Positions 1-12,516 of a DNA stretch of 64,000 nt are shown here, piece by piece. A model generated the notes under the pieces. That model saw nothing but the letters and a program-made list of their open reading frames with translations. It did no database searches and was not told the origin of the DNA. Numbering within the stretch: the stretch's first letter is position 1; each line of letters opens with the position of its first letter. The DNA comes from Camelus ferus (lineage: Eukaryota), in NCBI RefSeq assembly GCF_009834535.1, contig NC_045696.1:55740001-55804000 (forward strand), in the 5' to 3' direction. The position numbers were made by a program, and so were the translations under genes.

Positions 1-377
1 TCGTGGGGACCCTTTGTGCCCGTTTAACTCAGTTCTGTCAGTCAAGGGGTGCTTGGGGCAGATCTGAGCCTCGGAGGCTCCCCCTCCATCACGCTGGCCT
101 TTCCGTTGGAGAGGGGAGCCCCAGCGAACAAGCGCCAGTCCTCCTTTGCTGCTCCCTCCCCATGGGACTGGTCCCGCACTGTTTTGCTTTTTCTTCTTCT
201 TTTTTCCTTTTCTCCTACCAGATTTTTGGCGTCTTTGTCTTTCAAAGAGGGCAGTGTTCTATCGGAGTTCAGCAGGTGCTCTGGTTGGCTGAGTGGGTCT
301 GTAGATGTCAGTTTTGGTGTATTTGTGGGAGAGGGTGAGCTACAAGTGTCCTTCTACTCCGCCATCTTGCTTCTCCC
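1..377 (-). mobile_element. LINE-1 5' UTR (5' terminus; element continues beyond the window start)
   Basis: The minus strand begins GGGAGAAGCAAGATGGCGGAGTAGAAGGACAC, a typical mammalian L1 5' start with a YY1-type AAGATGGCG motif. The GC-rich sequence changes abruptly to AT-rich after about 378. Confidence 0.75.
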
Positions 378-1610
378 TGTTTTCTCTCCTTCTTTATACT
401 TTAACTTTTAAATTTTTATCCACTAAAAGTACATTAGTCTTTTAATGAAAAAAATTAGGCCAAAAGGTGCAAAAAATGTGGGCATAAATGTTGACCACTA
501 AAGAAGCCAACATAAACCAGCTGATGTGGACGTGTCAGTGGTTAGGGGACTCTTAAGAGATCTAAGGGGACCTTGAGATCTAAGGTGCAGGGCAAATGAG
601 CCTCCACTCTGAGTAGGTACGTTATGAATAATGGCAGCCTCTGACCCTCAAACCACAGAGGAGTCTTTCCCAGGAACCAGGAGGAAAGGCTGTGGGCCTT
701 GTGAGTCTGTCGGATTACCATCATTATCATTAGATGTGAGTATTTCCTCATTTTAAAAGTAACCATACTCAATAAAAGACAACTTGGAAAATGGAGGAAA
801 ATAGAGAGGAACCCTTGGTTCCTATTCTAAAAAACCAAAGACAACCATAATTAACGTGTGTGTATTTCCTTTATTCTTTTACTCTGCATAGTGTTTTTGT
901 TGTGTTTTGTTTTTCTAAGTCAAAATACTATTTTTATTGCAAAAATTAAATCAATCTAGAAAGTGTAAAGGAGCAAATATAAATCACCTGAAATCTCACA
1001 CCCTAGGCATATTTGTTCTTAATATTTCAGGAGGCATCCTTACAGTTCTGTTTGTCTGTCTTTTTCTGTCTCATCCTCTTACCCCTAGACTTCTTCCTCA
1101 AATTCTCTCTCCCTTTCTCCTCATTTTTGCTCCTCAATGTATGTATTGCTGTTTTGAAACAGTGTTAATTCAACAATGTGACCATCTTTCCATGGTGACA
1201 AATATAGAGAGACATTATTTTTGCAGATTATTTTCTCACATATATGATGATTTCTTAAACCAGTTTCCTATTGATGGACATTTAGACTTGTTTCTTAAAA
1301 CTTTGCTCTTATAAATAACGGTAAAGATATTTTGAACATATATTTGTATATTTTTGTCTATTTATATCCTTTGGGGGAAAAAGAAATCATAGAAGTGGAT
1401 TTACTGAGTAAAAAGTTCTTATTTAAAGTTTTGTCACGTGTTGCCAAATTGTTCTCCAGAGAGACAAGAAAACTCTTTTTCCTGAGCCTTGCCAACACTG
1501 GACGTTTTCAATTTGTTAAATTGTTTGCCAATCTCAATCAACAAGAAATATATCTTATTGCGGCTTGACATTTTCAAACACAAAGCAAAACACAGGGTCA
1601 TTTACTTACT

Positions 1611-2170
1611 CATTTCATTCAACAGACATTTTTCGAGTACCTACTCTGTATACCAGGCTGGCACAGTTCCAGATGCTAGGGATTTAATAGTAAGGAGAAC
1701 AGATAAAATCCTTGCTCTCGTGAAACTTATATTTTAGTGAAGGAAACAGATGATAAACCAATTTAAAGCATAGCTCTGTAATGCCAGCTGTTGATAAACA
1801 CTCTGAAGAAAACTAATGCAGGCTCAGGGCAGAGAATGACGGAGCTGCTGTTTTGGGGAGATGATCAGAGGTCTCTCCATGAAGTGATATTTGAACAGAG
1901 GCAAGGATGGAGGAGAGAACAAAGTGTGCAGGCATCTGGTAGGAGAGGGCACCAAGAAGAAACAGCAGGTGCAAAGGCCCCAGTCGAGGACATGCCAAGC
2001 TTGCTTGAGAGAATATCTGGAGGCCAGCGTGGCCCACAGGGAGCAGGCAAGGAGATAATGGGAGACCGGGAGTTTGCAGATGGGCCAGGTCACATGGTCA
2101 TGCTTGCCACACCAGGTGTGACAAAGCCAGGGAGGTACAACGACTGTCTGGAAGACAACAGTGGTTGTCT
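1611..2170 (-). mobile_element. L2 LINE 3' fragment (approximate limits)
   Basis: CATTCAACAGACATTTTTCGAGTACCTACTCTGTATACCAGGC... resembles the reverse of the L2 3' end. Confidence 0.55.
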
Positions 2171-5152
2171 CTGGAGACGGAGGGTCTGCAGTTGGAGGGA
2201 AGACTAACTTTCTTCTGTGAATTCCTTTGAATGCTTTGCATTTTTAAAATCATGTGCATGAGTTATTTTTTAATCTACTAAATTAAAATGATTAAAAATA
2301 CTAAAAGAGGATTTATAATAATTTAAACATAATTAATACAAAAGAAAGGGCAAAAACTGAGTTGCATCTGGGGTGTGGTGAAAGAGAGAGCCACGGGTTG
2401 TTTGTCCACCCTGGTGAAGGGGCTGCCCAGGCGGCAGGACTTGGTAAACAGCTTGGTAAATGGATGAAACAAGAGCCGGGGCCCTGCCAGGGGGACAAGA
2501 GTCCGGCCTTGACAAGAGTCCTCAAAGGGCAAGGAGCTGGTCTTATTGGTACTGATTGGAAGAGAACCAATTGTCACAGATTCAACCTGTATCGTTTAAG
2601 GTTTAGCCATTAACAAGATTGGCTTGGCTAATGTTGAGTGAAATTCTCTTTCAGGAAAAAAAATGGGGATGGGCAAATTTTCAACTCCCCTCCCATCCTA
2701 ATGGGGGAACATAAAGAGAGCTAAACATAGGTTTGCAGTGACTGGATCCCTCAGGAGAAAAACCAGGATGTAGGGATCTTTTGAGTAGGATTGGGTGCGA
2801 TGGGGAGAGGCTGTGAATAATGATATAAACATCAGTCCCAAATGGGACCTGCAGGCATCAGGGGTGAGCCCGCCCAGCTCTCAGAACAAAAATGACCAAC
2901 AGCTTCCTAAAATATTAAAGGAACTTTCCATGAGGGCTGTTAAATTGACCTACACCTTTATTCCCCAGTCACATTTTTAGAAAGTCAGGGGGAAGAGAGG
3001 GAGGCAAGGGGCGGGATGTGTGTGCAAAGCTTTGCAAAGCTCATCGTAGGTTGGCAGGGAGAGGGAGAGAGGCCTCCCTCCCCTCCCCTTTCTCAGGACA
3101 GAATGTGGGAGGATCCGCGCTGCGTTCTTCTGCCTCTCCTTCCTCTGGAGCTCTCTCCCTTCACTCGCCCTATGAGGTTCTCCCTGTCTTGGGAGTCAGG
3201 GTCCTCCCCCAAATCTGTTTTCTAAATGACAGCTCCCAGGAAGAGAGCAGCGGTGTCAGGGTACTTATCCCAGTTCCCATTCTTGTCCTCACCCTCCACA
3301 TCGTGCACATTTCAAAAGGCGAGGCTTGCAGCAGACAGCTTGCTCATGTAGGCTCTATTCTCAGGCTGCCAAACCCACCAGAAGACTGAGACGCCTGTGA
3401 CTGTGACCCTCCCAGCCCTGAATCTCTCCCCACTTCTGCTTAGGAAGTGAAATCTCGCTTTCCCAAAGAGATTTTTGATCACCTTTGAAAATGGTTTGCT
3501 TCTGTGAATGTTTTACTTCAATTAAATGAAAAAGTAAAAGAAGAGCAAAACCAACTTGGTGGACAAAGCCTTGGCATGATGTCCCACTTAGGGAAATGGG
3601 GGAGGAAATGTGCAGTCATCCAGCAGACCTCCGGGCAGCACCTACTGGGTAGAGGGCGCAGTTCTGGGCACTGGGACCCCGCACATCCCTGCACCTACAG
3701 AGCTTCCGTCTAGCAAGGAAGACAGACAATAAGCAATAAGCCTCATGAACAAGGACACTATGTAGTATCAGTAATGGTGATGAGTGCTGTGGGAAAAGAT
3801 GGAGGAAGCACAGGGCGGTGGGAGGGCCAGGCTGGGACAGCGTCTTGAAGTTCTCCTCCAAGTGAGAACAGAACAGACACAGCAAGTGTGGCCTAGAATA
3901 GGGTCTGGCAAACAGAAGGTACTCAATAAAGTTAATTTCCTTCCACTCCTCTGTGCCTAAAAATTCTCATTACTGAGAGTTTGAACTTCAAGTCTTTACT
4001 CCCAAGCAAGAAGTGACAGTTAATGACTGAACAATTTAAGAAAATCGGACCACAGTTAGGACCTTCTTTTTGGTTGTATTGTAGGAGGCAGCATTCATCA
4101 AATTAAAGAATGTATTTTCTGATTAAACTTTTCGGTATATACAAATGTAAAGCAAGTTTCCAGCATTGGGAGAGATACAAGAGTGTGTAAGTCACATATG
4201 TCTGTGGATTGAGGTGAGCTCAGGAGCCCCTTGGAAAGTGTCTCTTGATCTGAGTGGGGTTACAGAATTATATGCATTTGAAAGGACTCAGGGAGCTGTA
4301 GCAGAAGATTCATACGTTTTTAATATATGTAAATTATACTTCAGTAAAAAAAGAAAGATGTGGTTACCACTGACCTTGAACTTAGGTATGGCTCCCATTC
4401 TGGCAGTCTTGAGCACTCAGCCACTGCCCTGGGCGGGGCCTGAGCACAGGCAGGACAGATTCTTAGCGGAATCTGCCCAGGGACACCTGCATCGTGCTGG
4501 AACCCCCGACAAGCCTGCATTCACTGTGCCTTTACTGAAGCCCTGCCTCTCCCTGTGGGCCTGGGCAGAGGGAGAACCAAATTCCCACACTGGAAGCAAC
4601 CAGAGAGCAAGTCTGGACAAGGCCACCAGGTCTCAGGGACAAAGCTCTTATCCTGCTGAGAAGGTCTCCATGTCTTCCCTGTTTCCTGGCATCTACGACA
4701 GGCAGCTGTGGAGATAGCCAGGCCATGGGTAGTCTCAGGTTAGGTGGGGAGTGGCTGTTTTCACCCCAAAAGACAGCCAGCTGAGTAAATGTGGAGCGAC
4801 TCTCTCATCAATCTCACTCTGTCTGAGTCTCTTGTTTCTCTCTCCCAGTGTGAGCCTCTGTGACTCTCTGCCACACAGGACACACCCAAGACTCTATACC
4901 TTCCTTATCAGTTACCTACCAACCATCTGATGACAGAGACCCCATGTGCCTGCTTGTTAGACGTGTCCCATCTTGAACCGTCAGGGATTTTAGTGGTTTG
5001 TTTTTATTAGAAAAGCATGCTTCTTGGCAGGATGATCTCTAGGCATGGGAGGCTGGGAGGCTGGAGGACCAGAAGCCTAAATGAAAGCAGCAGACAGGTG
5101 GGTGGCCACCCTCTCAAGCACTCAATGGGCTGCTTCCTGTTCTTGTCCATAG

Positions 5153-5235
5153 GAGGCAGTGTCGCATTGCCCGGAAGAAGGCCAACTGGCCCGAATCCAA
5201 AATGTTATCCAGGAGCTACCCGCATCCCATTACAG
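5153..5235 (+). CDS. ARHGAP31: ARHGAP31 (CdGAP) coding exon (~exon 4), RhoGAP domain
   Basis: ag|GAG...TACAG|gtaag, 83 nt. Encodes EAVSHCPEEGQLARIQNVIQELPASHY(R), matching recalled ARHGAP31. Confidence 0.95.
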
Positions 5236-6187
5236 GTAAGAAGCCCTGGTAAAAGAAATGCACAGCCTCTCGACGTGATGTAATACCATAGATGCAGGCA
5301 GGCATCAGAAAAGGGAATGGATTCAGTGGTCAGTGGTCCTTCCAGGGCATTCTGAGGTGGGGGAACAGGTCACTTTTATTAGAGTGAGTTCTTGCCTGAC
5401 CAGAGACATTGGTGGGAAGGGGCAGCCTGTGTCCAAGTCCCTTCCAGGGCACCCCCTCAGAGTGCCACAAGAGGTCATTCTGATTGCAGAAGCCAGCCTC
5501 ACAGGGATACTGAAGGTTCTTACCCAGGTTCATAGCATAATCAAATCAATGGAACCCAAGATGGTTTTTAAACACAGTTTGACTGACTGATCTGTCCAGA
5601 TGTTCATCAGTACCATCCCTTACATCATCCCATCTTTTTATTTCATTCTCACAATTTAGCCCCTAATCTTACCAACCTTTCCCAGTATTCCCCAAGCCTG
5701 CCCAGCTTTTACAAGAGGGCAGATTCTGATGTGGTATTAGAAAGAACTTACCAGCAATAATAGATGTCATCCATTGACAAGCACCAAGGTACCTGTAGCT
5801 GGAAGACTTAAAGTAAGAGCCGAGCTGGGGGCCAGTTTCAAGTCAGTGTGGAGACGATGCTGCCCTGGGTGAAAGGAGGCACAAGGAGCCACGAGGAGCC
5901 CTTAGGTTCCGGGTCCGATGAGTCCTCGGTTCGGTCTCTGACTGGTGCTCCAAGGGCCTCCGCTGACTTCTGACAAGACTGCCTTGTTCTCCACCCCAGC
6001 CAGCATGCCACAGCCAAGAAAACTACCTCTGTCTATCTTGATATCTTCCTGAGAGTGCTCCAAAGTTCATGAGATAGAAATACACAGAATCTCTTAAATT
6101 CAAACTTAGAAATTATCTCCAGATGTCAGGCTTCACACAGGCTCTGAAGTTTCTCACTTGCTTGAAAAAAAAAATGACCCGTTACAG

Positions 6188-6296
6188 GACCCTGGAATAC
6201 CTGATTCGACACCTGGCACACATCGCCTCCTTCAGCAGCAAGACCAACATGCATGCCAGGAACCTGGCCCTGGTGTGGGCAGCCCAACCTCCTCAG
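6188..6296 (+). CDS. ARHGAP31: ARHGAP31 coding exon (~exon 5), RhoGAP domain; contains an apparent 1-nt insertion at ~6281-6282
   Basis: ag|GACC...CTCAG|gtaac, 109 nt. TLEYLIRHLAHIASFSSKTNMHARNLALVWA is followed by PNLLR only after a shift of one base. Confidence 0.93.
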
Positions 6297-6984
6297 GTAA
6301 CCAGCACACCCTCACCTTCTCACGACCCCAGTGGTTCTCAGAGCAGCCCCCAACTCATATGAAGACTGGGTTCTTCCACAATGAAGCTCCTTGAAGACAA
6401 ACCTTTGGCTGGGTGGTTTTTTGTAACACTTGGGAAAGAAAGGTGATTTTAATAGCCTTTGCCCACTAACCTTGGAATCTCTGGAGCCCAGAGGTATTTT
6501 CTGGGTACAACCAAGATGTAGCCAAGGTTTGGGGCCTTGTATGTTACAGTTTCCTTAAAAGGCCTTTCTGGGTCTTTGGGGCTCCTTGGCTTTTGTTGGT
6601 TTTGGTGGGGTCCCAGCTGGCTGCAACCTGAATCAGCTGCATCACGCAACTTCATAAATGATGACCTGCCCTTAGAACAAGTGGGTGGAGGTGGAAGACG
6701 AGCCTATGAAGAAAAAAATTAACTCCTGTGTATTCGCTAATATAGTGTTTATTGTCTTTCGATATATAAATCCTGGTAACTGTTTCCAATTTGTTCAGTG
6801 CGTTGGGCTTCACAGCTTTTGGAGAGTTCCTTTAATTGATCTTAAGTAGTTAAAATATTCTACAGATTAACACACTGTACACATTTAGGAGTTGGGGGCT
6901 TGTACAAAAGGCTGGCTGGCTCCCTGTCATGCCTCGGTTGGTAGGGCAGACCCATTAACTGAATGTGTTTCTTCCACTGTTCAG

Positions 6985-7127
6985 GTCCAAAGAGATTGAA
7001 GCCACTGGTTGCAATGGAGATGCAGCCTTCCTTGCAGTCCGGGTCCAGCAGGTGGTGATTGAATTCATACTGAATCACGTGGATCAAATCTTTAACAACG
7101 GTGCTCTGGGGTCTCTGGAGAACGACG
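6985..7127 (+). CDS. ARHGAP31: ARHGAP31 coding exon (~exon 6), end of RhoGAP domain
   Basis: ttcag|GTCC...GACG|gtaat, 143 nt. SKEIEATGCNGDAAFLAVRVQQVVIEFILNHVDQIFNNG... Confidence 0.95.
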
Positions 7128-7222
7128 GTAATGGCTCCTCCTGGCATACACCCTGCCAGCCCACCCATCTTTCTTGCCTGGTCACAGGGCCCAGCGTGGG
7201 CTGGGTTCTAGCTCAGTGTCAG

Positions 7223-7225
<3 letters not shown>

Positions 7226-7257
<32 letters not shown>
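7226..7257. repeat. (TG)16 microsatellite
   Basis: Directly visible perfect dinucleotide run about 100 nt downstream of the exon 6 donor. Confidence 0.95.
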
Positions 7258-7258
<1 letters not shown>

Positions 7259-7607
7259 ACGTGCTGACTACAGTGCATGTCAGTGTATGGGGATTGTGCA
7301 CACATGTGTACACATGCAGCAAAGGTGTGGTGTGTTTGTATGTGGCTGTAGCGTGTTTCTGATCAGTTGTGTACACGGCCTATCCCACGAATGCAATGTG
7401 GGGAGCTGGAACTCTAATGATTTTAGGGAGTTCTTAAACTCTTCCAGTTATAAGTCTAGAGGCACTGGCAACATTCCTTCCTTTAACTATTAGATTTCAT
7501 TTTTACTTTCAGTATGATATTTTAGAAGTCTTAAGTGAATGAGCTAAGAGGCGTCCTATTCATACTCATATGTGTATTCAGAATGCCTTCTCTTCCCTAG
7601 TGTTTCT

Positions 7608-7980
7608 TATTTTTTATTGAAGTATATTTGATTTACAATACTGTGTTAGTTTCAGGTGTACAGCAAAGTGATTTGGTTATACATATATATGTATATACCC
7701 ATGTTCTTTTTTTCTGATACTTTTCCATTATAGGTTATTACAAGTTATTGAATACAGTTTCCTGTACTATACAGTGAATCCTTGTTGTTTATTTTATATA
7801 TGGTAGCGTGCATCTGTTAATCTCATACTCCCAATTTATCCTTCCTCCCCACTTCCCCTTTGGTAACCATAAGTTTGTTTTCTATGTCTGTGAATCTGTT
7901 TCTGTTTTGTAAATAAGTCCATTTGTACTATTTTTTAGATTCCACATATATGATCCAAGTGATAGCATATAATATTTATC
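7608..7980 (-). mobile_element. L1 3' end fragment
   Basis: TTTTTTATTGAAGTATATTTGATTTACAATACTGTGTTAGTTTCAGGTGTACAGC...CCCCTTTGGTAACCATAAGTTTG...TAGATTCCACATAT is the reverse of an L1 3' UTR and ORF2 end. Confidence 0.8.
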
Positions 7981-8311
7981 CTTCTTGCAAGCATTTCTTG
8001 AGTGCTTACTTTATTCTGCCCTGCACTGGGCACCAGGCATACAGCATTGAGTGTGTGTTTGTGGGCATGTGTATGCAGAGACTAGCTAGCATTGAAACCC
8101 CCTGTAGCCCTACTGTGAGAAAGAGAGCTATTTCAGATTGGATATAATGAGATGCAAGATACGATGTTTCAGTTCTGTAGTTCTCATAATAACATAATTA
8201 ACCCCAGGAATGAATTGGTATTGGTTTATGCTGCTTGAACTCATATAAGCCTAATTTGTAAAAGTCAAAAATCCAGCTGACCAAGAAGCCTGCTAATTAC
8301 CACTTGTGTGA

Positions 8312-8450
8312 GAGTGGTTTTACAACATTAGCGGATGTCACATAATCTGGAAGCCTTGTTAAAACACAGATCACTGGACCTCATCCCCAGAGTTTCTGAT
8401 TCAGCATGTCTGGAGTACTGCTGGTCAGGGTCCATGCTTGGAGACCCAGT
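8312..8450. mobile_element. MER5A-like hAT-Charlie DNA transposon fragment
   Basis: CTTGTTAAAACACAGATCACTGGACCTCATCCCCAGAGTTTCTGATTCAG is characteristic of MER5A. Confidence 0.6.
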
Positions 8451-8644
8451 GGTGTATGGGAACCTTATCTGCAAAATATTTGTATTAGCTGATCAAAGCA
8501 TTCTTTTCTAGTTCAGCTAATACACTTGGGAAAATCAGTTATAACCATCAGAGTAATCAATTGCAATTAATATCAAATTTCGATTCCTGGTATAATTGTT
8601 CTCACCCCATCCTGTCCCCTATGTGGTTTATGACCTTTTTTAAA

Positions 8645-9176
8645 AAACTTTTTTCTGTTGACTTAAAATTCACATACCATTAAATTCACCACTTTTATCA
8701 TTTTTAAGCATACAATTCAGTGATTCTCAGTGTATTCACAGAATTGTGCAACCATCACCACTATCTAATTCCAGAACATTTTCATCACTCCAAAAAGAAA
8801 CCCCACACCCATTAAGCAGTCACTGCACATCTTGCCCTCCTCCAGACTCTGGCAACTGTTCATCTAGTTTCTGCTTCTATGGATTTGCCTCTTCTGCACA
8901 TTTCATATAAATGGAATCATACAATAATGTGGTCTTTTGTGACTGACTCTTTTCACTTAGCATATGTCTGCATGTATCAGTATGTCATTTTTTTATGGCT
9001 GAATAATCTTCTAGTGTGTAGATACACTGCATTTTGTTTATCCATTCATCAGTTGATGGACATTTGGCTTGTTTCTACTTTTGAGTTATTATGAATAATG
9101 CTGCTGTGAACATTCATGTACAGGTTTTAGTATGAACATATGTTTCCAATTTTTTGGCTAAACCCCTAGGAGTGGC
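8645..9176 (-). mobile_element. Old L1 (L1M-type) 3' fragment
   Basis: TTGTGCAACCATCACCACTATCTAATTCCAGAACATTTTCATCACTCCAAAAAGAAACCCC...AATAATGCTGCTGTGAACATTCATGTACAGG is a typical L1M reverse strand. Confidence 0.75.
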
Positions 9177-9523
9177 TGATGTTTCTTTTATCTCTAACTC
9201 TCCCATTACAGATATATTTTTTATTATAGCAATATAAATCCTTTTTGAAAGTAAATGAGAAATAATATGCATTCATTCATCCTTTTGAGTCAACCAATAA
9301 TTTACTGGGGACTTACTCTGTGCGAGGAACTTTGGCAGGTCCTCCACTTACATTATCTCACTGACCCATCAACAGCCATCATAAAGTTGTTATCAACCTT
9401 ATTTTATACGTGAAGAACCAGAGAACCAGAAAAGCTTAGTAACTGCCCAAAGCCACACAGCTGGTAACTGGTAGGACTGAACATTGAACCTAAATCTTCC
9501 AGCCTGTGCTACCTCTGTGAGGA

Positions 9524-9556
<33 letters not shown>

Positions 9557-9994
9557 GAAATAAATAAACCATTGTGAAGAATTAATGACTTTTGGGAAGT
9601 GTTCTCCTAGATAGCAAATCCATCCATGGCTGCTAGTGTTAAGGCTGTTCTAATTTTAACCTGGAAATGCCTGTCTCTTTATGACCATTGCCTTAATCAG
9701 GCTTTGTCCTGCATATTGAAATCCAGTTTCCTCTTGAGCCTTTAACTCTTGATTGCCCCCAATACTTATTATTCAGTGCATTTCATTTAAATGTTCTTAT
9801 TATGAGTTCTTATTGAGTCTGGTAATATTTACACAAAATGAAATAAGTCATACCCTCTGGAATTTTGGATTTAGAAATAGGGTTCTGTTTCAAATTGGGA
9901 AGATTTTAGAAGTCATAGAATCCAACACATTTAATTGGTAAATGAGAGCAGTGAGGCCAGAGAGATTGTGATATACCCAACTTCTGTTAAGACA

Positions 9995-11740
9995 TAAATA
10001 TGTACTGAGCACCTGCTATGTGCCAGGCACTGTTCTAGACAGTGGGGACACCTCAGTGCCTAAAATGATAAAGCCCCTGCTCTGCATAGAGCTATGGTCT
10101 TGCTGGAAAGATGAACAATAAATAAGTTCACAAATAAATACATTATCACTTCAAAGGCAATAAATGCCATGAAGGAAGTACAGCAGGGTAATGTGATGGT
10201 CAGTGACTTGGGGGCGTAATTTTTGTACATAGTGGACACACAGCACCTGAGGAAGTGATCTTTGAACTGAACCCTGAATGACAAAAGGAACCAGTCATGT
10301 GAAGATCTAGGGGGGCAAATGTTCCAAACACGGAGAACAGGGAGTATAGAAGCTCTGAGGTGCAGAGGAGCTCATCGTGTTGCAGAAAGTTAGCCAGTGT
10401 GGCTCGAGCAACCCAGTCTCCAGTGTGGGCTGCCCCACCCTAGGGCACCCAAGACCAAAGTACCCAAGTATGGGTGTTGGAAGAAACTATTAGAATTTTC
10501 CCCCTGTTGGTTTTATTGTCTACTTTATAATTTCTATGATTTTGTATGTTTTCTATTACAGATAACACAAGCACAGTGGTGTATATGTATAATTTACAAA
10601 TATAGACATGTATATAGTGAGAATATACATTGGAACAATTTCACCGTATATTTTTGCAGACCACTGGGTCAGTGGGCAAAGAGGAGAGGGAAAGCAGATG
10701 GAAGGTCCTGGTCGGCCATGATAAGAGTTTGGTTTGTTCTCTGTGCTGTGCAAAAGCCTCGGAGGAGTTTGAGCAGGGTGTGCGGGATCTGAACACCCTG
10801 GTTGCTGTGTGTGGAGTGGGGACTGAAAGGCTGGAAGTCAGGAGACCAATTAAGGAGTGATGGCAGAAGTCAGGAGGGAAATCATGGTGGCCTGGACTAC
10901 TGATCTTCCTCGACTTATGATGGGGTTACATCCTAATAAACCCAATGTAAATTGAAAATATCATAAATCAAAAATGCACTGAATATACCTACCCTCCTGA
11001 ATGTCATAGCTTAACCTAGCCTACCTTAAATGTGCTCGGAATACTTGCATTAGCCTACATTTGGGCAAAATCACCTAACACAAAGCCTATTTTATAATAA
11101 AGTGTTGATTAGCTCCTGTAATTTATTGAATACTGCACTGAAAGTGACAAACAGATTGGTTGCACGGGTACAGAATGGTTACAGGTGTATGACCCTTGCA
11201 GTCGTGTGGCTGACTGGGAGCTGTGGCTACAGCAGCTGCCCAGCATCAGGAGGGAGTATCGTACTGAATACAGAAAAAAAGATCAAAATTCAAAATTCAA
11301 AGTACAGTTTCTACTGAATGCATATGGGTTTCACACCATTCTAAAGTCAAAAAATTGTAAGTTGAACCACTGTTTAAGTTGGGGATCATCTGTGCATGTT
11401 AGCTGTGGAACGGAGGAAAGCGGCTGGATTCAGGATATATTTTGGAGGTAGAGTTACAGGACTTGCTTCTAGGCATGATGTAGGGGAGAGAGGGTACATC
11501 AGAGAAAGGATTGAATGAAAAATACCTACTCCAGGTTTTGGCTTACACAACTGGGTGATGCATGGAGCCATTTACCACCTTGGAGAAGATGGGAGGGGAG
11601 ACCAGTTCAGAGATAAGTAGCAAAAGTCACAAGCTCTGTTAGGAGATGTAAATCTAGAGACGCCTGTTGAACATCTAAGCACAGGGGATGAATAGGCCTT
11701 GGGACACGGGAGCCTGGAACCAGGGGAGAGGTGGGTGCTT
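9995..11740 (-). mobile_element. L2 LINE fragment interrupted by a Tigger-type insertion (approximate limits)
   Basis: TACTGAGCACCTGCTATGTGCCAGGCACTGTTCTAG at the left end; L2-like purine-rich sequence lies on both sides of 10900-11392. Confidence 0.6.
10900..11392. mobile_element. Tigger5/MER47-like TcMar non-autonomous DNA transposon
   Basis: TA|CTGATCTTCCTCGACTTA at the left and TAAGTTGGGGATCATCTG at the right form imperfect terminal inverted repeats. The interior resembles the recalled MER47/Tigger5 consensus. Confidence 0.7.
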
Positions 11741-12291
11741 GGTCTCCTGACCCTGCAGTTTATATTCTTCCCATTGTTCCAGTTGCTCCCAGAATGATTT
11801 AATTTTTTAAGTAAATAGTAAGTTTTTAAAATAATAGTCTAGGATCTGTGAACAAATATTAAGAATAAATTAAATTTAAATATTTTTAGTCTCCTTTGGA
11901 TTAAGTTGGAAAACTGAGTTAAAGTTGGAAACTTCACTGAAAAAATCTTTAGGGTCACAGATGTACCTAATGATAGTCCTGCTGAATGCCGGTCATGCTG
12001 TCCTCCCTGGAAATACTCCAGAGTTACATCCCAACTCCATTTTCTACAAGGCCCTACGTCAGTGGTTTTATTTCCCTCCACTCAGGGAGGGTCATGCTCT
12101 GCAAAGAGAAATGGTGCCAGCAGGGTGCTTTCTGAAAATGAGGTGAGTCCTATACCAAAAATGATTTTTTAGTCTCAACTGGTCCAAGTTATTCTTGAGT
12201 CTCCTCACACCTTCTGAAGGTACAGAAAACTGGCACGGTGGCCAAAAGACTAAGTAGAGGCAAACTTAAACCTCTTCTTTTTCACTTAGAT

Positions 12292-12516
12292 CAGGTTTTT
12301 CAGCCTTGGCACTGTTGACATTTAGCGCTGGATAACTCTTGTGAAGGGGCCGTTCTGTGCATCGTAGGATGTTCAGCTGCACCCTTGGCTTCTAACCACA
12401 AGGTGCAAGTTCGCATTCTCACACACACCTGTCACAATGAAAAATGTCTCCAGACATTGCCAAAAGTCCCTGGCCGGAGAAAGGGGTACAACATTGTTCC
12501 AAGTTGAAAAAAATTG
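12292..12516. mobile_element. MER20 hAT DNA transposon
   Basis: CTTGGCACTGTTGACATTT...AAAAATGTCTCCAGACATTGCCAAA...GTTGAAAA are MER20 hallmarks. Confidence 0.75.

Noticed and set aside
4166..4717. 183-aa intronic ORF
   Set aside because: Non-ATG start, no recognisable domain, no supporting splice structure.
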